A stretch of 64,000 bases of DNA, taken from NCBI GenBank assembly GCA_973895155.1, contig OZ316893.1:23981420-24045419 (forward strand), written 5' to 3'. Under the pieces are notes generated by a model. The model had not been told where the DNA came from. It saw only the letters and a program-made list of their open reading frames with translations, and did not search any database. The position numbers were made by a program, and so were the translations under genes. Positions 22,939 to 34,827 of the stretch are shown here, piece after piece; position 1 is the first letter of the stretch; each line of letters starts with the position of its first letter. Origin of the DNA: Marsupella aquatica (taxonomy: Eukaryota; Plantae; Marchantiophyta).

Positions 22939-25900
22939 CACCAACGACCACACCACAACAATAGTCAGCTCACTAATAATGATTGCGACTCAATCCAAAT
23001 AAACAATTCACATTTGCAGTTACCCAAAGATCACACCACAACATTAGTAAGCTCACTAGTGAGGATTGCGAGTCAATCCCGAGAAAAAATTCACATTTGC
23101 AATTATGCAATCATGCAGGATTCAAATAAGTCGTCAAAGAGTGATGCAACGCAGTGAATTTGCACCGCGAGGACGATTGAAAGATATCATTTTGCCAAGA
23201 CACTGACATCTTGGGCCCTTACGGTCCGGCCCTGAGGTTGAGCTACTCCACCTTGAGACCATTCGCTAGATCGTGCGTCGCCCACCTCGAGAATCCAAAA
23301 TGCGACACATGATCTATTGAGCTAGAAGCTCCCCAGCTGGCAGGATCTGATCGATCTCGACCAGACTTCTAAGCTACAATTGGATATGGAAGATATCACC
23401 ACAATGACGTGAGAGTTTTAGGTTCTAATTTTCTTCACGTGTGAATTGTGATGCAGCTCCATACCTGCCAGACGTGGCTGAGGCCGCGCATCGTGTGTGG
23501 TACAGATCAGGATCTTATTGTCCCCAGAAACCCCGCCAAAAACAAATTTGACATTTAATTACATGTACAGGTGCTAGTGACAAAGCCATTGCAGATCCCG
23601 AACCTGTACGTGACCAGGGCTCATAGCCCTTTCAACTTCTTGCGATCCTCCCGTTCATCCACTTTGCGATGCAAACGGAAGTTACTGGGACATCGGTCTC
23701 ACCCATCTCTGATTATGACTGTTCGTGCTAAGAAGTCTGGTGGATCAAGCTCTTTTCCGCCGTGGGACAGGTATTCTCACACAAAATGACTGAATTACTG
23801 AAAAATAGATGAAGTTATGAACATGCGGATTCCGCGGATTCCATGCTAGTCAGAGCATGAACAGTTGCATTGACGTCGGTAAGTTGCGATCGCTGTCAGG
23901 ATCGTCGTCGCTGACCTTAGTCAGAGAGTGCTTGCCACTTGAGATAGTATGTTGTCTGAAGATAAATCATTCTTTAGTTCAAACTTCAAACCTTTGCCGT
24001 GAACCTTCGAGTCAGAGACTTGACCCGAGATTTGAAAACCCAAACATCCCCGAACATTTCCGACTATTGGATATGGCGAGATAAAATAATTATGATTTGA
24101 GTTTGAGAACGGACAGATCGTACCACCGATAATACTCGACTCGTCGTGATTAAACACCACTGCAGTACTGCAATCCATCGGTGACCGCATATTCTTGGGC
24201 GCCGACTCTAGCAATGGAAAAAGCCTGGTCACTCGTCACATGGACTCATGCTCAGTTGTTGTCAGAACGAGCCGTCCACTGAGCGCTGATTTCAAAAATG
24301 TACACGATAATTATGCGAGATCGAAAGGAGCTCAAGTCTAAAATCCTCCGAGTCAAAACCATCTTCAGCAAGGTGGTGGGGGCAAGTAGGGTCTCGATCA
24401 CCTCGATGCAAACGAAAGATTCAAGACAAATCATCACACGGCCTACACCACCAAAACTGACGCTTCTCATCCAGGTGTGAGCAATTCAAGCTGATGGCAA
24501 CGTGGGCGACTCCTCGTACCGAAATATGAGATCATGAACGAGAGGCGGACCGTACGTCTAGCTAGAGAAAAGAGGCCGAAGTCCTGATCATTAGGTCGTG
24601 CTAAAGCTTCGTGCACAATATTCAATGAGAGTTCAGGCTCTAAGACTTCTCGTTTCCATGTTCGCTTTCCAAGCTTGTGCCACGGCTCGGATGGTAATGG
24701 CTGTTTCAGGCAGCTTGAGCTTGTGCCCAACATCGATCTACAAGGAGAGAACAGACGATTAATCGAAAGAATGAATGGAAGTTATAGTAGGCGAGCAGGA
24801 GATCGGCCGGAGGGGATAAGGAGAGGCTAGGAATTAAATACCTTGCTTTGAGTTGCCGATGGGCGAGACGGAGGCCAACAAGAAAAGAGCTGCGAGGGAG
24901 ACCACGAAAGCCCATACTCGGATGAGACTCCAGGGAACCCTCCCAATGTGATCCACAGGTTTTCTGTGGGCTCCGACTCCTTTCTCCAGCCCTCCACGCG
25001 CCATTCTAGTTTGTTAATTACTCCGAGCTTGTGTTTGGCGGCCTGCCCTAGAAAGCGACTATCTTCCAAAATTACTCCCCGACGCGGAAAAAATCAACGA
25101 CACCGCGGCCCTTCATCACGAATTCCCAGTTTGAAAACCTTCCTCAAAATACTCCAGTACAGATTTGAACATCGTCGACCTGAAATCAAATTTGTCTGGG
25201 GCCAAATCCTGCTCGTTATCTGTCGTGATGACTAACTGACTGAATAAAAGAATGGCTGAGATCCTAAATTAGTCACGCCTCCATTCCAGCAAACTGATAT
25301 ATATCCATCACACCAACAACCTGGGACAGGCTGCCTGCTGGAAGCTCGAGGCCAGCCAGCCTTTGAAGCCACTGTCTTGAGTAATGTGGTACTCAAATAG
25401 ACCATCGTCATGTCAACTAATGAAATCCAAAAGCAATCTTAGAAACGTAAATGGAATCTGCCACCAAAGAACTTGTAAACCGTTGCACGAGAGATATCGC
25501 CATCGATCTTCCGTTCATTGCGGTTACATCAGGGACAGTTCAATGCCTTCTGAGCGATGACAACAGGCTTCGAAACCGTCGGATGGATTGACTCGCACCG
25601 CGCAGTAGGAGTCTATGATCGAGTCTGAAACTCGTACTCGCATATAGGCCACAGGTGAGTAGCAGGTTTCTCAACTTTTTGCTGCTAGCTTGCTTCGTCG
25701 CTGTCAGGAGATGCACATATCCTTCAGACTACATATTAATTTGACTATGCTATTGAAAGCACGGTCCCGGAGAGCTGAACCTCAGTCTGCTTCGTGGGGA
25801 TACCATTTGCTTTTGGATTGTTTGGCTCGGTAGCCCTCACTGACCAGGGACTAGTCCTGGCCAGCATCCTGATACAAGAGAGTGGAGCTCTTCAATTCCT

Positions 25901-28417
25901 TCGAATGCCTCTCGCTCGGGCTTGCACCTTGCCATGCATTGCAATTCATCCATTGCATATATCACGTGCAAGAGCTGTAGCTACCGGTCGGTAGTACCTT
26001 TCCCATGCATCTCCATCCTCCTCAAAGACCGCCCCTAGCTTGCCCCCGAGCTCGCCCCCGGCTCGCCTGACTACTGTACAAGCAGGACCATACAACAGGA
26101 CCCAAAGTCGATGATTGTTGCGTGCACTTAGGAGTGCCAAATGGTACAAGGCTCATCATGAAGTATGGGCTCCGGGATGAGCTCTCAACCCACCAGAAGT
26201 TGATTGTCAGAGAGAGCTAGCTGAGCGGTCCCACTGAAGGATCTGTACAAGAGCCTCAGTCCCTAGAGCTTGCACAAACGTTGCTAAGCACTGTACCGTA
26301 CCCAAAGGCCACGGTGCATGGGTTCGATCCGCTTTAATTATGGAGAAATGAAGGTTGGATTTTGTAAGGCAAAAGACGCCAAATGAGGTGGAAGCTGGAC
26401 CTCGTCATCCGCCTCGCTTGCCTCCAGGTCCGGTATAGAAACTGGCCATGTCATTCGAGCGATCGTGGTCGATAGATTGACCGCCAAGAACAGCCAGTGA
26501 CCATGCATGCTCCCCAATTGATGCATCGATCGATCTAGCTTGCAGAGCGAGCGCAATTGAAGTACAGGTTCGCCATTATGCAATGCAAATTGAAATTACT
26601 TTTGGCTGGGATCAGCCTAGAGTGAAGCATGTCGTCTGTAGTTCAATTAGAATATCGAACTCAGCCCAGGCCACCGAATACGATTTGAAGCGCAGGACCG
26701 GCGGCGCTTTCTCATGCATGTCAAGCTATGATCTCTGAAAGTCCAGATTGCATCCCTCCGAGTACTCTAAAGACTCTTTCGTGCATGCTTCAAACTAAAG
26801 TAAAACGAATGATAACTCGGCTGAATACTTCCTTCAACGAATTCTCAACGAATTCTCCCGTGCGTTGTCTTCCGCGATTGGAGGCGTGCATCTCTCAAAA
26901 AGCGAGTCCACCAGCGCATATATTCCACAGATCTAAAATAATGGAGGGATCTCGACGCTGGCAGCACCCACAATGTTGAGCCAGGGAGGAATTGCGGGGT
27001 GTAGTCATTACGTGCAGCTCCTGAGGTGATTCTGGTGGCTGGCTGAACAGAAATGCTTGCTGCAGTGATTATTTAGCGATCCGGAAGATCCTCAATAGGC
27101 AGCCACCATAAGATCTAGGCGACGAGCTTCGACATTCTTAGTCAGATGCAGGTAATTGTAGGTAAAAAGGCTTTGCAAGACGTGCATCACATTAACTAGC
27201 TCCAGCGACACAGTCTGAAGGGAACTCAGATCTTGAACAACAAAGTCATCCTTCGTCGCATTCTCTCGTCTCCGCTCCACTTTCCTGTCGAGATGCATGG
27301 AACGTGCAGGTCTTATTTGCTCTGCATGGTCGAACGTGGCATGGATTCTTTTTGTCTGTGACGGTGTTGTTGTGACAGTCACTAGATCCACCGTTTGTGC
27401 CATGCAAGATAACTATGTCGCACAGATTTGTGTGCAGTTTGGTGGACTGTACTTAGCTCCACTTCAATGTGGGGATCTCTGATTTCAATCCCTTGCCTAA
27501 CTAAGGTACTTTAGTAAGAGTCGTCTTGCATGCCAAACTAAGGAACTTAAAGTTTATGTCTAACTAAGGTACTTTAGGGCTATGTGCATGTAGAAGGTCC
27601 TAAAACATAGGTTTTAAGTGAATCTGTTGCACTCTATGAGTGAACTAGCTAGGCATTCATGTTTCAACCTCTCAACCCTTACTCTGACATTCATGTCTCA
27701 ACGTGTAAATCCCTTCCTAGCCTAAGGCAGCATTAATTTCAGCATATTCAATGGCAAAAAATGATGCAAACAATAGTATTCCTAACTATACAAAGGCAAT
27801 GAAAAGCTACTCGCATGCCTATTGTCTAGACTCGGGGAGTTCACTTCAAATACACGGAATTAACACATCATGTGCGACGAAATATAAACCCATTTAAACA
27901 AATGTGACAGAATACTTCCAAAATTTGATGGAAAAACATATAAGACATGTTTTATTACTGGACAACTTTAAAGAACACATAAGCCTATTTAATTGTAAAA
28001 AATAAATATTTTACCAAAAAATATTTATCACTTATAAGTCAGGGAGGTCAAACCCTTAAACATAGCATGCAATGTATGGTCCTCCATATTGACCCTGGGG
28101 CATAAAATTGGGGGTGCAAGTAGAAAAAAGGATTGGGGCAGGTCATTGATGAACTTAACTAATTAAAAGGGAATTTTTGTATTGCAAAGTCTGTTTGGTC
28201 CTCACCCCTATTTGGGTTTTAAGAAGGGTTAGCGTAAGGCTCAATGAAAAGTTACTCTTAGAGCCTAGTGTGTAGAGTGAAGACTCTAGACTATGACTTT
28301 AAATTCAGGGCTATGAGTCCCTGTTAAGTCGTTTATGACTTCCGCACTCGCTGCCAGCCGGATGCTGCTCGAAGTGTGAACTTTATTCCAAAGAAAGAGT
28401 CAATGCTTTCATCGAGC

Positions 28418-28500
28418 AGACCCTGGCCTCGTGGTAGACCACTGTCTTGAGTTATATAGGAGACGGGAGGTGAGGAGTTTGAATCCCTGCAGACGCCCTA
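28418..28500 (+). mobile_element. tRNA-derived SINE-like head / Pol III internal promoter remnant
   Basis: A-box-like TGGCCTCGTGG (about 28424) and B-box-like GAGTTTGAATCC (about 28475). Does not fold into a convincing cloverleaf. Confidence 0.4.
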
Positions 28501-30363
28501 GGTACTTTGTACACTAACCCCAGGTTCAAACAAAGCTAGTTATACACGGAAAAACATGATCATTGTCCAGATTTCTGGGCAGCAGGCAGGCAGCCGAGTC
28601 CGGACTTCATTAATGACAATCCAGGGCCTAGTCTCCCTTGATGACTTTGAGACATAACTGAAAGTGGGGTTGCAGGGGAAAAACTGGTATGGAGAGCAAG
28701 TCATTGAACATTAGGGAATCCCTTTTTGGGGGTTTTTGGGAATGGTTTTTTTTTGTCCTCACAGTCTATTTAAAATTAGCTCTAGGACGCCTTGGTTATT
28801 TAAGTCTGATGTCATTCAACAATAAAGTTAGAGCACATGAAAAATTGCATACTGGACTAACTTTGAATATGGAGATGAGGGGAAAAAAGAGTAAACTTTT
28901 CATGGTAGTAGTCCATGAACAAGGTTCCTTTAGTACTCCTATGTCCTAGAGGCCATGCAAACTGTGCTATAGAAGATGTAGGGTTTCTCACATTCTTTTG
29001 GTATTCTTTTATCCATAGTAGCCAAAGGGTTTTTTTTATGTTCCCTTGGTGTTTGTTTGTCCATAGTAGCCGAAGGGTTTCTGACACTACCTTGGTAAAT
29101 GTTACAGTAATTGAAGAGTTTCTTTCTACCCATGGTTATTCCAAAATTTAATACTTAAATAGAAAATTGATACAATCTACTAGAAAACACTGATATATCA
29201 ATCACAATCCATCCAAAGGTTATTTTCTTTTCTTTCTTTGTTTGAAAAGTTACTTTTTAGTTTTTGATTGTTTGTACAATTACAAGGTCTAACTGTTTTT
29301 TTTTACTTGTCTCAAACACACATATCCTTGTTTGATACTTTTTTAACCTTTCTTGTTTGTGACCAATAGTGCCGATGTGGCAACACATGCTTCTAGGGAT
29401 TTTGGAAAGAGCTTCCCATGGGGGTCCATAAATAACTAATGAGTAGTCAGGCTAGTCTATATAGTGACCAACCTTGGCCAGTATCATCACTCCAACTCCT
29501 TATGACATAGGTCTTTATCTCTTATTTTTTCCCCTCTTTCTAGGTTTCTGAAGTATACATTTGCCCTCTTCTTTGGAGTTTGTTGTCGTTCTTTATGGAC
29601 CTCTATGCTTTTACTTCATTGTACATTGTTTGGCCCTTTCAGTAAATTGGCCCTTTTTTATTCACTTTTATGATGTACAAATCATCTTGATATCATCACA
29701 AATTGTTAAACAGGTAGTCTACCAGTGTTTCATTTCAAGCAACTTAATAGAGCTAGAATAGTCCCATTTTCTGAAAAACGTAAGTCTCCCAACTCAATTC
29801 AAAAGGTTGACTAGCTGTTCTATCTATTGTTAGCATAAGGTATGACCAATTCAATCTTTCCCTCTGCAAAAGTGTGTTGTTACAAAAAACATTTCTGTCC
29901 AAAAATGTTGTCATTGCACAAATTGTATGGTACTGAATGTAGAAGTTAACCCAAAAGAAGTTGATGAGGGTGTCAAAGGGCAAGGAGAGCTGGGCAACCC
30001 TTTGGGCAAGAGCTTTGGCGAGAATTGGGCCAAGAGAATTGGATCAGAATGTTTTTTGGACAGTAGATTGTTTGCCTCACGATTGTTTTTCAGGAGGTCA
30101 AAGTGCTGGGCACAAAAAAATGATCCCTTAAATTCTCCTCCTTTTTTCCTGCTTCTGTTTTCTCCTTTTTCTTCACCCACCTTTGTCCCCTTTCCCTCCT
30201 CTTAATCCGGGCCAGACTTTTTCCCTTTCCCACCAAAAACGGTTTTGTAAAGAGACAATGATGGGCAGGATTGAATATTATAGTATTTAACTAGGTATAG
30301 ATATAAGGAACAGTGCATGATGTGCATGGTTGAGAAAGTACATGGTTCTGTTTGCATTCTTTT

Positions 30364-30680
30364 CATGCAAGGGCCCATGTGACTTGGGGCCTCACTCCAA
30401 GGGGGGTCCTGTACCCGGGCCTATATATACACTCAACCGCCATGGGTAATGAAAATAAGAAAAAATCTTAAGTATTTTTCTACCTTAACTGTTTATTTGA
30501 TTCAATGAAAAACCCTATAATTCTTGTAATTTTCAAAATTGGATTAGAACTCGCCTAGTGATCTTCCACCTAAATTTATAATCTTCCACTAAACCAAAGC
30601 CCTAATATACTTATCCATGCATGAGGGGGAGGAGTGGAATAAGTGAGGACCCCAGGTCATGTGATGGGTACTTGGGATGG
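30364..30680. mobile_element. Degenerate MITE-like element
   Basis: Imperfect inverted repeats CATGTGACTTGGGGCCTCACT and AGTGAGGACCCCAGGTCATGTG around an AT-rich core. No TSD found. Confidence 0.4.
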
Positions 30681-30684
30681 CTGC

Positions 30685-30901
30685 ATGTTTTGTGGGTTCC
30701 CTTTGGGTGCCCCATACGCCATGTGGGTAATTAAAGCTTAATTTTCATCTTCAAGTCACTACACTGTTCACCCTTACTTAGTGTTACTCTCAAAGATTAC
30801 ATGTTTTGTGGGTTCCCTTTAAGTTGCGCCATACACAATGTGGGTAAAACTTAATTTTCATCTTCAATTAATTACACTGTTCACCTTAATTAGTGTTACT
30901 C
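30685..30901. repeat. ~115-bp tandem duplication
   Basis: CATGTTTTGTGGGTTCCCTTT...TTAGTGTTACTC occurs at 30685 and 30800. Confidence 0.85.
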
Positions 30902-31383
30902 CACTGATTATTGAGCGGAAAGTTTTGGAGACCCATGAATTATTGTTAATAATTCAAATTGTTAATAATTATTTATGTTACTCGTATAAATAATTCCTGG
31001 CACATGAAATAGTGGGAAGAAACTATTTTGCAAAAGACACAAGTATCTCCCATCTTCTCCAAATTCCTAGACCCCAACTTGTACTAGAAGACTTTAACTG
31101 TCTAGTCTTTTATTGGCATAAGAACTTCCATTTCATGCCAGGTCTCCGTGCTTCAGACTGTGGTATTAGTGGGTGTTGTACTTTGGGATTTCTAATCAGG
31201 CCCGTTCCTTGGTTGGAGGTTCTTTATTTCAATGTTGGGGCATCTAACATTGACATGTCAGTAAGTGGCCAGGCTGTCCACTCAACAACCATCACTTATA
31301 ATCTTCTCAATCATCTAAGAAGGATTACTAAGGTGGGCCAACAATCTTACAAGGCTTACAAAGTTTTGTCCAAACATGTTTTC

Positions 31384-31640
31384 AGTTGAGTAAATTCGAG
31401 CCCTACTCAAAGATTGCAACATGCACATGTGCAACATCCAACAAAGACAAAAGTAATTGACAAAAGATACGGGAAAAGATATACATGGTTCACTTCACCA
31501 AATGTTACCTCCATGAGAATGCACAAAATAGCTTTATTGAACTCTAAGCCCGTTGGTCATACCGAGTCTCGACATATTTAGCTCTCCCTACCTCTTACCA
31601 GATGTATCCATAACAATGAGCCTAAGTTTCACTCACAAAC
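31384..31640 (-). mobile_element. Diverged solo LTR related to the adjacent copia LTR, opposite orientation; distal end undefined
   Basis: Colinear blocks match the reverse complement of the copia LTR: TGGTTCAC, AGCTTTA.TG.ACTCTA, CATACC, AGCTCTCCCTA, TAACAATGA.CCTAAGTT. Confidence 0.75.
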
Positions 31641-32692
31641 TAGATGCTAGTGAATGTTATGGTGGCACATCTAATCTTAAGTACCTGGGAGTGAGTAACT
31701 GTGCTTAAATAGTAACTCTAGACTTTAGAGTAAATGCCTAAGATTTTCATCCTCACTATTTTCCATATATAGCATGCTCATCCTGGAACATGCTTCATTT
31801 TTTGTTTTTTAGTGATATACAGATGTTCTAATTAAAATATAAACAGGACATTGACTAGGAAGACGTACAACCTATGATATTGAAACTTGTGCACATAAGG
31901 TACAAAAATAAAAATGCACATGTAAAGAAAAATAATAATGAACAGGAAAGTTTAAGTTTATGGTATTGGGATGTGCACATAATGTACGTAAGTAGAGATA
32001 CTTATGTACTTACTTTAGGTAATGACACTCAAAATAGTTAAAACCATAAATTTAGTACACAGAACCATGAGTAGTACTTAAAGACATAAGGTGTGCACAT
32101 TAGTTAGATCATTTCTTTTGTACTCATGAGAATAAGGGCTAGAAATTCAACGAGCTTTGTTAGAGGGTGGATGATCTTAAAACATAGCAAAGATTTTAAA
32201 AAATTAGAGGGGTGCCAGAATAAATTGGAAATCTAAACTATACAAGGGATGCACCTTGGTAAGACACATTGAAATAAACATGCATAACAAAAGAAGTTTG
32301 AATAAGACAAAATACTGAAAGTTGCATTCACCATATAGCACCTTCAAAAAAATCCACACACTCAACTCTTTGTGCAGATCCATGCATTGCATGGGCGATC
32401 ACACAGGCCATCACATTGGCCTCTTGCCTCCTCATCATTTGATGCATAACTGCTGCTTCCCTCCCAACAAATCCTTATAGCCCTCATTCATCTCTAATTG
32501 TTTTTCTTATAACTTCAACAAATTGGCTGAGCAACTTTCATCCAGCACTGCTTGTGTATGGCATAGGCATAGTACTGTATGATATACCGTAAAAATGCCC
32601 AAACTCAAAGATTCTCTGACCTTGTGGAGCTATAATTTGTGAATGATGGAATCTCTCCATCCCAAACCGAGATCTGAGTACCCAGTAATTTG

Positions 32693-33036
32693 TGTTAGAT
32701 ATTGCTCTAGTCTTGTGACTCATGAGCTAACTACAGTTAGGCTAACTCGGGTTAGGACTTAGCTAATGTTAGTGGTAGTGCTGTTGTGCATATAGCCAGG
32801 GCTGATGCCAGACCCCGGTGGAACTTAGGTTCATTGTTACGGAGCCAGTTGAAAGATAGGGAGAGCTTGTGCTGTGGATGCTTGGTATGGCCGGTCGACC
32901 TAGAGTGCAGTAAAGCTCTTGTGTGTTCCCGTGGACGTAGCCTCATGTGGAGGTGAACCACGTATCTCTCTGTGTCGACTCTTGTGCGTTGGATGGTTCA
33001 TGGGCTTGCCGTTGCAAATGTCGTCTATGCTCAACA
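32693..33036 (+). repeat. 5' LTR
   Basis: TGTTAGATAT...TCAACA; differs from the 3' LTR at 7 positions. Confidence 0.97.
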
Positions 33037-33038
33037 AG

Positions 33039-33050
33039 TGGTATCAGAGC
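33039..33050 (+). promoter_or_regulatory. Primer-binding site (initiator tRNA-Met)
   Basis: TGGTATCAGAGC, 2 nt downstream of the 5' LTR. Confidence 0.95.
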
Positions 33051-34827
33051 ATGCCTGGGAGGTGACAAAGTTTTTTCGTGACAGGTTTTTCCAGCGTTCA
33101 CTGTCGGTGGCACATTCGGAGTTTCGTCGCATGAAACTCGAATGTGTGTGGCTGAGCGGATAGGTTAGTGAGAGGGCTTTCTAATGGTGGTTAGAACTCG
33201 CTGATCGGTATCCGTGGTGCGGAGGAATTCAAATTTGCGTCGTTCAGGTTTTATTCGTGTTTGACGGCTTTTCAGGGGAGAGACCAGAGATCACGTTCTT
33301 CAACGGTGTGAGCTGTGCGGTGCGGGAGGGATCGCACATTATAGCTCAGGTTGACGGTTGAAGCGAGCTGGTCATTTCGGTAGCTGGATTGCTACCGAGT
33401 TATTACCAAGTGCAACGTGACGAGTGACGGAGACGTTCAGGTTTTTTCACAAGCTATGGAGCTTGTTCACATCTGAACCGGGTTTCTCTTCGTGAAGTCC
33501 GACTCGGTGGAAGGAACGTGAAGTGTTACGGCTCAACGGTTTGATCGTGGCAAGGCGGTCGTTTTGAGCCCGGGATTGACACTTGACGCGGACTGAAGGC
33601 GACACGGCGGAATTTTTTTTCTCTGCTGGAGCTGTAGTCTGTGCCGATGCAATTCGAAACTTTTTCCGTCGGCGGCGTTCACTTTCTTTGTTTCAAACAG
33701 CGGCAATTGATGTGAGTAATTTCTGTTTCACTTTAGGGGGAGTTTTTTGCCATTTTAGGGGGGGTTTTGGGGTTACTTTTACACACCTCGTATCGGGCCC
33801 CACTCTTTTTTCCCGGCCGGCCGTGTATTCGACTCCCCGCCCCTCACACCCCGATTAAGACGGCAGCGGTGAGCTACGCAGCGCCGGCCGGCGTGTTTGC
33901 AGCCGCCCTGCTGCTGGCCGCCCCCCCCCCCCTTCAAGCCTTTTTTTCCTCCCGCGCACCCTCCCCGCGCCCCGGCCCTCGCCCTCCTCGCCCATCGCGA
34001 TTTCTCCCCGGCCCTTCGCGCAACCTTTGGCAGCCGGCGCCCGCGAAATCCCCCGCCTTCCCACCCACTTACTTGCCCTCTATGCCCCCGCGCCCGGCTG
34101 CCTGCCGGACACCTCACCCTCTGCCTGCATAAGTAAGTCGGGGGGCTCCCTCCGGCCGCGCCCTGCCATCCTCCTCTCGCCCGTCCCCGTACTCTGCCAT
34201 ACGCAGTCGCCTACGTACCCCGGCCATACACCCTTTCTATACCCTGCCTGGCCCGCCTCGCGTATGCGCGACGCCGATGCGTGTATTTTAAGGCATATAT
34301 TTTTTTGTTAAGGGGCTTTAGCACCCCCTTTAGGGCGCTTTTAATAGCATTTTTTTCCTCCCTCTTGTTTAACTTGGTGTCGGGACCTGCCGCCCTCCGT
34401 TTTAACTGCTTGGACAGGGGGAACGGCCCCCTGTGAGCCCTATCGGACTGTGCGAGAATATTCCCGAAAACATAGAGCTATTTTTTGGCCGTCCAACAAA
34501 GATTCTGTCCGTCGAACGGTAACTTTTTTGGTTCTTTTTCGGCGAGGACGTTGCCACTGGAGTTAGCAACGCGGCGCACCAATCACATTGCGATTCTGAC
34601 GACGGGTTATACTTGGTATTTTGGTTATTCTCCAAGGTGGTCAAAACGGGGGAGTTTCCCAAGGTTTTACCCACCCCAACCAAAATTTTGAGTAACTTTT
34701 CTGTCGAATTTTGATTTTGATTTCGGCTTTCAGTATTGGACTCCTAGCTTCGTGGGCTATGCGGCGGTGTTGAGTTTTGAGTTTTATGAGAAGTTTCAAA
34801 AAAAGACTTTTTTTGTGATTGTTTCAT

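Noticed and set aside
26315-26335. B-box-like GGTTCGATCC
   Set aside because: No A box or tRNA structure upstream; likely chance.
28418-28500. Functional tRNA gene
   Set aside because: No acceptor or anticodon stems, and the B box is degenerate; kept only as SINE-like.
33767-34311. Pro/Arg/Gly-rich ORFs in several frames as an extra retroelement gene
   Set aside because: Open frames are expected at this GC content; most lack ATG starts and none has a recognisable domain.
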